Virus record (IMG/VR): IMGVR_UViG_3300031555_006012
Direction: 5' to 3' (one strand)
DNA length: 64,000 nucleotides
DNA from: an uncultured virus (IMG/VR IMGVR_UViG_3300031555_006012)
Lineage: Duplodnaviria; Heunggongvirae; Uroviricota; Caudoviricetes
In this document: one piece after another, positions 18,360-27,029 of the stretch
How positions within the stretch are numbered: position 1 is the first letter of the stretch
How the letters are laid out: each line of letters starts with the position of its first letter
Notes under the pieces: generated by a model
What the model was told of the DNA's origin: nothing
What the model saw: the letters and a program-made list of their open reading frames with translations, nothing else
Databases searched by the model: none
Made by a program: the position numbers and the translations under genes

Positions 18360-18462
18360 GCCATAAACCACACAATCACCGATCTGGATATTTGTGTAGT
18401 TTATGGCTCGGATATAACTTGCTATTTTGGCCTTTCAGAGCGAATATGTGTACTACCAAAAG
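18360..18462 (+). promoter_or_regulatory. Repeated element copy H (48-bp inverted repeat + TTGCTA-N17-GAATAT)
   Basis: GCCATAAACCACACAA-N16-TTGTGTAGTTTATGGC then TTGCTA at 18419. Confidence 0.8.
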
Positions 18463-18493
18463 GGTGAACACCCAACTCAAGGAGGACAAAGCA

Positions 18494-18865
18494 ATGACAA
18501 GATTTGAAAGAGAACTGAACGGTAGCCTGGGCGCTTACTGGAAGGCAGAGGCAGAGAAGGAGCTGGCAAGGGTCAAGGCAGACCTGGACGCAGGTAAGAT
18601 CACCATCGACGAGAACGGCATCGCCCGGAACTGCATCGGTCGGATCCTGATGGCGGACATGCTGGAGAAGCTGGCCATGATCACCGACCAGGTTGACACC
18701 GAGGCAACCACCGCCGCCAGGGAGGCCGAAGTTGCAAAGGAGCTGGCAGAGTACCGCAACAGAAAACGCAGCCACAGCCGCGAAGAGCTGGCCCAGATGC
18801 GGGCAGCATTCGGCCCCGGGGCAACGGTGGTCGATGTCCTTTCCGGCGAGAAGATTAGGCTGTAA
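18494..18865 (+). CDS. Hypothetical protein (cassette gene)
   Basis: AAGGAGG RBS; C-terminal MRAAFGPGATVVDVLSG motif. Confidence 0.75.
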   Translation: MTRFERELNGSLGAYWKAEAEKELARVKADLDAGKITIDENGIARNCIGRILMADMLEKLAMITDQVDTEATTAAREAEVAKELAEYRNRKRSHSREELAQMRAAFGPGATVVDVLSGEKIRL

Positions 18866-18881
18866 CCTCCCCACAAATACA

Positions 18882-18915
18882 AAAAGCCCACCGAGCGAAA
18901 TTGCTCAGTGGGCTT
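18882..18915. terminator. Bidirectional terminator
   Basis: AAGCCCACCGAGC-GAAATT-GCTCAGTGGGCTT between convergent genes. Confidence 0.7.
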
Positions 18916-18924
18916 AAATGCTGT

Positions 18925-20673
18925 TTATCTTCTGGCCTTGCGAGTGCTGTAGTTTTCGATGTGCTTGCCGCAATGGCCGATAATAATTTTATCCGCGATA
19001 CTGGGATCGTAGGCAAAGTAAATGCGGACAAATCTGGGGTCAGACTCCCTGACGCCACTTTTAATGTGTGCTTCGATGTCGATTTCCTGTCCGTCGTAGG
19101 TATCAACATACTGCCGCATCAACTTGGCATCAACACGCGTCTGGTGGCCTTCGCCGCGGGCTACATCCCAGCCAGTCTTGTTTTTGAACTCAGTGTAAGC
19201 CTGGGCGGGGTTGGATTTAACCAGGTCAAAGAGGTCAGTGGCGATGTGATAGAAGATTTCCCACAGCACCTCGCTCTTGGTTTCGCAGTCGTCCATGGAG
19301 CGGTATGCGCGTTCTGTGAATGCGATGCGCTCGGGGTATACAGTCTCAAAATACCGGGCGATGGAATGCGGTGTGTTGGGGTATTCAGCTATGCTGCGAA
19401 CCTGCCGGGTGGCGGCTTCAATCTGCCCCACCTGATTAGCACGGTCCCGATACATCTCAACCTGGACTCCGAGGTTGTAATTCTCAGTTTTGAGGCGGTC
19501 ATTCTCTTCTTGCAGCGCTCGGTTTGCTCGTTCGGCGGCTTCACGCTTGTCGGACTCCTCCAGGAAAGCGGAGGCTGCTTCATCTGCCTCACCTTGGCTC
19601 TGGGCGCGGATGCGGGCTATTTTGGCTTGGTGCAGGTCCGCTTCTAGCAAAGCTCTGCAATCGTCCATACGGAACAGGCTCTCGTAGAAGTGGACATCCT
19701 GGGCCATGGCTCTGCGGAACAGGTCAAGGACTTTCTCCTCGCCGTGTTCCTCAATAAACCGGGCAGACAGGAAGCGATGGCGGCTAGGATCGGATTCGTC
19801 ACCGACTTTGACATTCGGGCGGTATACACGAATGGCACCGCCGGAGCAGAGGTAGTTGCTGTTGCCCATGTAGTTCATTTCCCGGGTATAATCCAGGGAA
19901 TCAGCGTAGAAAACAATAGCGTTGCATGCCACGCTGCATGCTACTTTGGTAGGGTCGACCAGAACCTGGGCTTCGTCAGAATCCTCTGCCAAGCGCCGGG
20001 GGCTAATGTAAATCAGAGGAACCTCTCGCTCGGCATCAAGCAGGGCCTTCTCAAACACAGGGTAGTCACCCGGGTTGAGCTTAGTGGCGGTGAGCGCGAT
20101 TGGGCTGGAGCCTACGCTACACACAAGCTCCGTGTCCTCCAGTATTGTCCGTATAACACGGGGAACTGAGGGAGGCGGAGCGGGCATGCAGAAACCAATG
20201 AACCCGGCCATGTCGCTGTATGTGACAACATAGGATATTTCTGCTGAGTTGGGGGATGTAGCACGGTAGCCTATTTCAGTGATCCATTCGCGCGGGGCGT
20301 AGCCGTTTTCCGCTTCAGGCTTCTCTACAATTTTGCATGCCCATGAAACGGTGCTGGAGTCATCGCCCACTTGGTGGTACACGGATTCAGCGTATATTCG
20401 GTTTAAGTGTTCCAGGTCGTAGAACTTGCCGCCCTTCTTGAAATGGGACCAGCTTCCCATCCTGTACTCAATGACAGTCGGCTTTCCCCAGGGATTCCAC
20501 TTGTGGGTGATCCAGTTACGGATGTTCAGGACCAGCCGCCATAACAGGTCGTCAGGCTCCCAATTGGCGGTACGGATTGTGAACTTTGCCTTGTAAAACA
20601 TGGAGGCATTTAGGTCTTGCAATTTTAACACCTTCCTTCGTAATAGTCGAGGGTTTCCATGCGTGGACATCAT
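18925..20673 (-). CDS. Moron protein: unknown N-terminus, coiled coil, possible RelE-like RNase C-terminus (start uncertain)
   Basis: C-terminal HIK.G....RFVRIYFAYD....IIIGHCGKH pattern. Confidence 0.6.
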   Translation of the reverse strand: MMSTHGNPRLLRRKVLKLQDLNASMFYKAKFTIRTANWEPDDLLWRLVLNIRNWITHKWNPWGKPTVIEYRMGSWSHFKKGGKFYDLEHLNRIYAESVYHQVGDDSSTVSWACKIVEKPEAENGYAPREWITEIGYRATSPNSAEISYVVTYSDMAGFIGFCMPAPPPSVPRVIRTILEDTELVCSVGSSPIALTATKLNPGDYPVFEKALLDAEREVPLIYISPRRLAEDSDEAQVLVDPTKVACSVACNAIVFYADSLDYTREMNYMGNSNYLCSGGAIRVYRPNVKVGDESDPSRHRFLSARFIEEHGEEKVLDLFRRAMAQDVHFYESLFRMDDCRALLEADLHQAKIARIRAQSQGEADEAASAFLEESDKREAAERANRALQEENDRLKTENYNLGVQVEMYRDRANQVGQIEAATRQVRSIAEYPNTPHSIARYFETVYPERIAFTERAYRSMDDCETKSEVLWEIFYHIATDLFDLVKSNPAQAYTEFKNKTGWDVARGEGHQTRVDAKLMRQYVDTYDGQEIDIEAHIKSGVRESDPRFVRIYFAYDPSIADKIIIGHCGKHIENYSTRKARR

Positions 20674-20731
20674 ACCATAAAAGGTACCAATTATCCAGTT
20701 ATTTCGACGGTTTTCGACTATTTATTATTTC

Positions 20732-21535
20732 TTAAAGTGTGATAGTTTCGCTCCTGGAAGCAAGCCGCCAGAACAGCCAACGATCCAGGGCAATAAAGTC
20801 GGAATCCAGCCTCATTTGGGGCTGCTTGAACAGCATCCGAAGGGTCAGTGCAACAGCTGCTTCATGTTTGCAAAGGCCGGGATAGGGGCAATCACAAAAC
20901 ATGTCAGTGATCAGGCCATCTCGGTTATAGCAGAAGTCAATGCGGTACCACTTGGTGCCTTCTACAAAGGCGCAGCCAATACCGTTATGGATGGAAAGAT
21001 AGCGGACCCTTCCGTCAGCGCAGTAGTCGATAGCCCGGTGGGCGATCAGGTCCGTCAGCTCCTCGCAGGCTTCGATGTTATGAATGTCAATCGTGTAGCC
21101 CTCGCCGGAGATGACTTCATCGGGATCCTCGTCGTCCTTTTTCTCTTCGGCGGGAGGAATGACCCAGCTCCCAAACCGGGCGGGGCTGATGCAATCTGCG
21201 TCGTAACAAACCATCTTGTCTTGGATGCGGTCGAAGGAACCGTGGAAAGTCAGGTCCAGCTTGGCAAGCACACGCTGATAATCCGCAGTGTGGATTCTGA
21301 ACTTGGTGGTGACGGAAGCGACAACACCAGCTTCGCCTGCCATCTTTCCCGCGACATACACCACATCACCCTTTTGGAGATCGAAGCGATCATTGTAATA
21401 GGACAGGTCGCGGTTGCTCTCGGGGAAGTGGACTTTTACCAGGGACTTAACGGGGGTGTCAACAGCCGGAGCCTCAACAGCGATAGGAGCCTTATCCTCG
21501 CTATCACCGAAATGCATAAAACCGATTTTCTTCAT
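20732..21535 (-). CDS. SWIM zinc-finger protein
   Basis: FCDCPYPGLCKHEAAVAL. Confidence 0.8.
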   Translation of the reverse strand: MKKIGFMHFGDSEDKAPIAVEAPAVDTPVKSLVKVHFPESNRDLSYYNDRFDLQKGDVVYVAGKMAGEAGVVASVTTKFRIHTADYQRVLAKLDLTFHGSFDRIQDKMVCYDADCISPARFGSWVIPPAEEKKDDEDPDEVISGEGYTIDIHNIEACEELTDLIAHRAIDYCADGRVRYLSIHNGIGCAFVEGTKWYRIDFCYNRDGLITDMFCDCPYPGLCKHEAAVALTLRMLFKQPQMRLDSDFIALDRWLFWRLASRSETITL

Positions 21536-21562
21536 ATCAAGTCCTCCTTTGCGGTAGGGGTG

Positions 21563-22132
21563 TTAGTCGTTCAAATCGTCGATTGCATCTTCGACCTGGC
21601 TGATCTGGTCCTCCAGTTCATCGATGGAATCTTCCCATTCTTCGTGTTCATCGGAGTCCTCGTCGTCCGGCTCCTCATCCATCAGGTCGTCCAGCTTCTG
21701 CTGAAGCTCTGCCAACAGGGTCTGAAGCTCTTCCAGGGAAAGGTCGTCCAGATCCAGGTCCTCGGATTCGCGGATTTTGATGGATGCGCCGATCTTGATG
21801 CTGAAACCGTGGCTCCCGCTTTCACCTTCAGCGTCCTCTGCAATATCGGAGGGGATGCCAGCGTTGCACAGGATCGCCTTGATCAATGCGTTGGGGAGAT
21901 AAGTATCGCCGTCGTCGGTGAACACTTTCTTTGTGGCGTCCTCGGCCTCGGAAAGCAGCCATTCCATGGTGTAGCACTCAGGATCAAAATCAACGGCTTC
22001 CTCATCGTCGAGGCGGGCCATATACAGGCCGTTGTTCATTCCAGTCAGGTAAACCTGGTCCAGAAAGGTTTCCATCTGCTCGGCAGTCATTTTCAGTATC
22101 GCTTCATAGTTAGTCATTTCATTATCCTCCAT
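21563..22132 (-). CDS. Strongly acidic hypothetical protein
   Basis: D/E-rich, e.g. DDLMDEEPDDEDSDEHEEWEDSIDELED. Confidence 0.7.
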   Translation of the reverse strand: MEDNEMTNYEAILKMTAEQMETFLDQVYLTGMNNGLYMARLDDEEAVDFDPECYTMEWLLSEAEDATKKVFTDDGDTYLPNALIKAILCNAGIPSDIAEDAEGESGSHGFSIKIGASIKIRESEDLDLDDLSLEELQTLLAELQQKLDDLMDEEPDDEDSDEHEEWEDSIDELEDQISQVEDAIDDLND

Positions 22133-22134
22133 AT

Positions 22135-22716
22135 TTATAGGTCAAGGTTGTCTAGGACGGAATACAACTGGCCAGCGTTAAAGCTGCGATTGGTCGTTCC
22201 GCGTTGATATTGCCGGGTGTTTCTGCGAAGGTCGCGCTTACTGGTGGATTTGCGTTTGGCCCTCTCCTGTTCTTTCAGCCGGAATGCGTCGTGCTGGACG
22301 ATGTAGTCCAGGTATTCCACGATTGTCTTACACCGAATAGCTTGGGAGTGGTACCCAGGGATGATGCTTGGTATTTTTTCATGCTTCTGAAAGCTGTTCT
22401 TATGATAAAGGAACAGCTTGTTCGCCTTGCCGCTGACAATGATACGCCATTTGCTTCTGGGAGTGCAGACATGCAGCTGACCATCCTCCAGGCGGTAGGA
22501 CACACCGTTTTCCTGGCAGAACTGATCGACGGCCTTCTGCTCTCGACGCAAGCGCATACCAACCAGGGAGCAGCAGTTACACTGACGGTAGCCAGCTTGT
22601 CGGGCGGTCTCAGGGTCATCGAACTTCAGCTTGTAGTCTTTGCGGATGCGGCGGGCGATGTTGCAGTGAGAAAGATGGAATACTTTTTCACTACTTTTTT
22701 TGCTGTAGAATACCAC
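22135..22716 (-). CDS. Ada-like metal-binding domain protein
   Basis: KVFHLSHC...F...ETARQAGYRQCNCC. Confidence 0.7.
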   Translation of the reverse strand: MVFYSKKSSEKVFHLSHCNIARRIRKDYKLKFDDPETARQAGYRQCNCCSLVGMRLRREQKAVDQFCQENGVSYRLEDGQLHVCTPRSKWRIIVSGKANKLFLYHKNSFQKHEKIPSIIPGYHSQAIRCKTIVEYLDYIVQHDAFRLKEQERAKRKSTSKRDLRRNTRQYQRGTTNRSFNAGQLYSVLDNLDL

Positions 22717-22764
22717 GGGGGTTCATCTCCTTTCTGATTGTAGCCTTATTGTAAAACATTAATG

Positions 22765-22780
22765 GTCCGATAAAACGGAC
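22765..22780. promoter_or_regulatory. Palindromic operator candidate
   Basis: GTCCG-ATAAAA-CGGAC at the -35 position of a TACAAT -10 (minus strand). Confidence 0.45.
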
Positions 22781-22835
22781 TTATAAATAGAATGACAAAA
22801 AAACCACCAGGTTGTTAGGCCTGGTGGTTCGGGGC

Positions 22836-23042
22836 TTAATCGTCGTCAACTACGGAGTGGATATTAAGCCCAGTTGCAGCGGACAAGGCTGCTGCGCGTT
22901 CTTTCAGAAGGCTCCCAAACTCCCTGCGTTCAGATTCGCTGAAGGCTCCGGGGTGGGAAGCGGAGTATTCATCAATGGCGCTTTGGGCATTTGCCAAGCG
23001 TTCCAGGGCAGCGGGATCGTTTTTGAATTTCAGTTCTTTCAT
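22836..23042 (-). CDS. Small hypothetical protein
   Basis: GGAGG RBS; followed by hairpin and T-run near 22797-22829. Confidence 0.65.
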   Translation of the reverse strand: MKELKFKNDPAALERLANAQSAIDEYSASHPGAFSESERREFGSLLKERAAALSAATGLNIHSVVDDD

Positions 23043-23054
23043 GTTGGTTCCTCC

Positions 23055-23927
23055 TTATGCACAACACAGAGTTTTTTCAGCAGACTTCAGCAGATCATGG
23101 GTCTGCATGACAACAAAGTAGGTTTTCTGATGGGTCAGCCTTTCGGATGCGTCCAACTCATGGGTGACCTCGTTGCAAATGTGGCGGACACCGTGAAGTC
23201 GGTCCATGAACACATCTTCAATCGGGAGGAGTGCGTTATCTTCACAGATCTTGAGGTTTTCAAGCAAGCCATCGCCCGTGCTGTCAGTACCCCTGGCATG
23301 TTCCACAACGAGCCGGAGTGTTTCCTCCATGACCAGTCTGGAGTCATTTACGGCATAACGGAACTCACCAATATCGAGCTGCCGTTTGGCATCGCGGAGA
23401 CGGATGTAAAGACGCCCAAGGAGATCGATGTACTGGTTAGAAGTTCGTCCGGCCCGGTCAAAACCTGCCTCGCTGTAATAATCGCGTCCATACCCTTGAC
23501 GATCATAGCCTTCCCGGTTAAACCCGTTTTGGTCAAATCCATTTCTGTAATAACCTTCAGCATCACGGCCATATCGATCGAAGCCATCAGCGTCGAACCC
23601 GTCACGGTTAAATCCTCTGCGGTCGCGGCCGTTCCGATCGTAACCATCTGCCGTGAAACCGTGATGGTCGTAACCCTCGCAGTCAAATCCCTGTTCGTCA
23701 TAACCATGCTGATCGAATCCGTCCATGTCGAAACCCGCACGGTTGTAACCTGCGGGATTGAAGCCGAAGCTGTCATAACCCTCACGGTCAAAACCGAATT
23801 TGTCATAGCCGTCAGCATCATAGCGATTCTGATACTCGATCAGTTTGTCAACACCAACAGCAATAAGGGTAGCAATGGCCGCGCCCCCGGCGACCTTCAA
23901 TACGGTTCCTCGGTTCAGTTTAATCAT
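23055..23927 (-). CDS. Membrane-anchored G(F/Y)Dxx-repeat protein with DUF4145/HEPN-like C-terminus
   Basis: AAGGAGG RBS; hydrophobic N-terminus; about 24 five-residue repeats; SRLVMEE and RHICNEVTH motifs. Confidence 0.7.
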   Translation of the reverse strand: MIKLNRGTVLKVAGGAAIATLIAVGVDKLIEYQNRYDADGYDKFGFDREGYDSFGFNPAGYNRAGFDMDGFDQHGYDEQGFDCEGYDHHGFTADGYDRNGRDRRGFNRDGFDADGFDRYGRDAEGYYRNGFDQNGFNREGYDRQGYGRDYYSEAGFDRAGRTSNQYIDLLGRLYIRLRDAKRQLDIGEFRYAVNDSRLVMEETLRLVVEHARGTDSTGDGLLENLKICEDNALLPIEDVFMDRLHGVRHICNEVTHELDASERLTHQKTYFVVMQTHDLLKSAEKTLCCA

Positions 23928-24078
23928 AGTTATTTCCTCCTTAGGCCTCTTTGGCACCATGCATTGTATTCCTGACTTCTTGACAGCCCTAATTATATAT
24001 GATATCCTTTTGAATAACAATAGTATATATCCGTTATACATACATATCATTTCTGTGATAAATACGGAGGAAATTAGT

Positions 24079-24957
24079 ATGAATACAAATCGCAGAGGCA
24101 AAAAGAAAAATGATGTTGTCAATAGGGTGGCTGTGATATGGAATGAGCGTCTGTCGGATTTAATAAGAGACAGGTTCGGGTCCCAAAAGGAATTTGCAAA
24201 GGCGTACAAAGAAAAATATGGAACCGGCAATCAGGCAGATGTGAGCCGTTGGGTAAATGTTGGTAATGAAGCAGCCAAGGGTGAAGTAATCGGCTTTCCT
24301 TCGTATGACACGATGCATCGCCTCGCAGAATTCTTTGGGGTCTCAGTTGGGTATCTAACAGGCGAAACCGACTATGAGAGCTTTGAAATGGAGCGGGCTT
24401 GTGATTATCTTGGTCTTGACGAGTCTGCTGGCAGAGCGATTGAACGCATCACAAAGCTAAAGGGCGTTACCCGATTTGAGCGGTATGAGATGGAAAACTA
24501 CGGCAAAGCGCTGTGTTATCTTCTTGCCTCGGACCGCTTTGAAGATTTTCTCGGGGGAATTTGCCAGTATGCAGAAGCCCTCCATCGCCGGAAAAACCCT
24601 GTGGACTATATGAACAGTCCTGAGATATTAGCAATCAAACCCGGGGTGATGGATTTGGCGATGAAATACCGTGATATCACCTGTGAGGAAGAAGTTGACG
24701 ATCCTTCTGAAATAACAGATGAGGTTGTCGCGGCTATTAACCTTATTAACGATGCAGAGTCCAAGGCATATGGTCAAGAGTTTGCGTTGGAACAAAATGT
24801 AAAGCTGGCAAAATTCGAGCTTCAGGAGCGCTATTTTGGACTCATTGAGGAAGTAATTCGGGAGGATAATCTGGAGCAGATCCAGGCGCACTATTACCAA
24901 ACAGTTTCCTCCGTAGAAGAACTGAAGCGTTTTATTGCAAACGCAACACAAAAATAA
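24079..24957 (+). CDS. XRE-like HTH regulator with long C-terminal domain
   Basis: SQKEFAK...QADVSRW...LAEFFGVSVGYLTGETD; GGAGG RBS. Confidence 0.8.
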   Translation: MNTNRRGKKKNDVVNRVAVIWNERLSDLIRDRFGSQKEFAKAYKEKYGTGNQADVSRWVNVGNEAAKGEVIGFPSYDTMHRLAEFFGVSVGYLTGETDYESFEMERACDYLGLDESAGRAIERITKLKGVTRFERYEMENYGKALCYLLASDRFEDFLGGICQYAEALHRRKNPVDYMNSPEILAIKPGVMDLAMKYRDITCEEEVDDPSEITDEVVAAINLINDAESKAYGQEFALEQNVKLAKFELQERYFGLIEEVIREDNLEQIQAHYYQTVSSVEELKRFIANATQK

Positions 24958-24998
24958 AAAAAGCCCCTCAGAACAACCTGTAAAGTTGCTCTGAGGGG
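24958..24998. terminator. Terminator between convergent regulator and endolysin
   Basis: CCCCTCAGAACAAC...GTTGCTCTGAGGGG with flanking A-run. Confidence 0.7.
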
Positions 24999-25005
24999 TA
25001 TCGTG

Positions 25006-26436
25006 TTAATTGGGGATCTTCAGTTTCCAGCCAGTGTAGATGACATTGGAGGTCAGCCCGTTCAGGGCCTTAATTTCGGGATAGCGAGAGCCGTTGCCCA
25101 GGTACTTCTGAGCGATCTCCCACAGGGTGTCACCCTTCACCACGGTATGGACCCGGTAGGTCTCGGCTGCGGCCTGCTCCCCGGTGGGATAAATGGCCAC
25201 GCCATCGTTGGTAAAAACATAGGTGCCGGGGTTCCTGTCGGCGGTTCTCTTCGCGTTCTCCAGGATGCGATATGCGCCGATCTGGGACTGCTTGTCCGCC
25301 CAAGACTTACGGACCCGGTAATAACCAGTGGTCAGCTTGGCGGGATACTCGACGGCAGCGTACTTGTTGAAGTAGGTCTGACCGAAGGAAGCCCGCTGTG
25401 CCTGGACAGCAGCGCCCGTGTCGGCGGGGCGTTCGTACTTGGTCAGCACCTCGGTGGAAGCCTCCTCCACAGAGTTGGTGGTCTGAAGCAGCTTCAGCAG
25501 GGAGCTGTAGCTTTCGGTGAGTTCTTTCCAAAGGAAATCCAGCTGCAAGGTCAGGTCACCGACAGACTTGCCCTGGGCTTTGGCAAAATCCAGGAGCGCC
25601 TTCTTCCTGGAATGGTAGGTCCACTGAGCCAGGCCTACTCCGGCTCCATCATACTGGAAGTTCGTGTAGGTGCCGTTATCAACAGCGGCAATGTACTCGT
25701 CATCAGTGTAACCCAGCTTCTTCTCGAAGGAGTTCTGGAGATTGTTAGGCCGGAGACTGGATTCGGCATTCAGGTTGCCCATCATGCCAGCGGTGCCGTA
25801 GGCATTACCCAGCTTATCATAGAGGTAATCCCAGATGTACTTCTCGGCGTTGGAAATGGGTTCCACAGGGGTAGTTTCCGAGGCAGGCTTGTCCTGGGTT
25901 AGCAGTACGGTGACCTTGTCAGCCAGATCACCCAGGCGGGAATACAGCCAGTCGCCGGGGCAGCTCTTATTGGCGAACCAGCGATGGACCGTGATCACCA
26001 TCTCATCGGTGGCAGGCGCATAGGACAGCGTCTTGTCCTTGTCCCCGAACCACAGCAGCTTATTCTTGCCATTGCGCTTACAGATGTCCGCGCAGAGTTC
26101 AATGAGGCTGTTGTAGACTGCGTCATACATGGCGTAGGGGTGTTTGGTGTCGCTGGCGCATTCGATGGTAATGGCCCGATGGTCATTCTCCCGATTGGAA
26201 GAACACCAGCTGCGATCCTTTTCCTCACAGTACATACCTACCCGGCCATCCTTGTCGATGCCGTAGTTGGAGGATGCCTGCCTGGAGGTTTCTGCGAACA
26301 GAGCGCCCAGACTCTCCGCGCTGCACTGCCCCACAACGCAGTGGGGCGTGATGCGGTCAATGCAGTGGTTTCGAGGACTGGATCGGTTGGGGCTGATTTT
26401 GGTGTATGCCACCAGAGGGCTGTTGGTATAGGCCAT
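25006..26436 (-). CDS. Endolysin: Amidase_2 + phage lysozyme-like domain + LysM
   Basis: ITPHCVVG, ITIECA, HRWFANKSCPG; GMMGNLNAES...GLAQWT...YERP; VVKGDTLWEIA. Confidence 0.92.
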   Translation of the reverse strand: MAYTNSPLVAYTKISPNRSSPRNHCIDRITPHCVVGQCSAESLGALFAETSRQASSNYGIDKDGRVGMYCEEKDRSWCSSNRENDHRAITIECASDTKHPYAMYDAVYNSLIELCADICKRNGKNKLLWFGDKDKTLSYAPATDEMVITVHRWFANKSCPGDWLYSRLGDLADKVTVLLTQDKPASETTPVEPISNAEKYIWDYLYDKLGNAYGTAGMMGNLNAESSLRPNNLQNSFEKKLGYTDDEYIAAVDNGTYTNFQYDGAGVGLAQWTYHSRKKALLDFAKAQGKSVGDLTLQLDFLWKELTESYSSLLKLLQTTNSVEEASTEVLTKYERPADTGAAVQAQRASFGQTYFNKYAAVEYPAKLTTGYYRVRKSWADKQSQIGAYRILENAKRTADRNPGTYVFTNDGVAIYPTGEQAAAETYRVHTVVKGDTLWEIAQKYLGNGSRYPEIKALNGLTSNVIYTGWKLKIPN

Positions 26437-26741
26437 TACTGTTCACCTGCTTCTGCCGCTTCAGTGTGGGTCAACTGCTTTACAACCTGGTTGGTACCAG
26501 TTGCGGAGAGGCCACTTGCTGCGCCCAGCACGATCGCTACGAGAAGGTTCTGAGTTTCCATGACACCGGGGACGAAGTAGAAAGCGATCACGCCACAGAC
26601 CGCGCCCAGGACGCAGGCGATCAGAGGGATGAAGCGCTTGAACTTGTCGTCACCGCCCAGCGCGGTTTTGGCGATGTCGATGATGGTGTAGACGATAGCT
26701 GCCAGTGCGGGGATAGTAGTGATTTCATTAAATCCGTACAT
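26436..26741 (-). CDS. Holin
   Basis: Three hydrophobic segments, GAASGLSATG.NQ motif, adjacent to endolysin. Confidence 0.85.
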   Translation of the reverse strand: MYGFNEITTIPALAAIVYTIIDIAKTALGGDDKFKRFIPLIACVLGAVCGVIAFYFVPGVMETQNLLVAIVLGAASGLSATGTNQVVKQLTHTEAAEAGEQ

Positions 26742-26755
26742 ATTTCTTCCTCCTT

Positions 26756-27010
26756 TTACTTGTGTGCTTTTTCGTTGAGATAGGTTTCGATCTTGTCGAT
26801 GGCTTCGGTAACGGGGCCATTGCAACCCTGTTCCTTCAAACCCATGAGGCATGCGAGAATGCCCTGGGTAAGAATGGTCTGCTCTTCCTTAATGGCCTTG
26901 ATGTCCTTGTCCTGCTTTTCCTGCTTCAAGAACCATTTGTGTACGGCAAAGACAGCGCCGAAAACGACGCTAAGAGCAGTGATCGTTGCCGCCAGCGTAG
27001 TGATGTCCAT
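26756..27010 (-). CDS. Small membrane protein of the lysis module
   Basis: One TM, coiled coil, GLKEQGCNGPV motif. Confidence 0.7.
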   Translation of the reverse strand: MDITTLAATITALSVVFGAVFAVHKWFLKQEKQDKDIKAIKEEQTILTQGILACLMGLKEQGCNGPVTEAIDKIETYLNEKAHK

Positions 27011-27029
27011 AGGTGGTTCCTCCTTGTTT

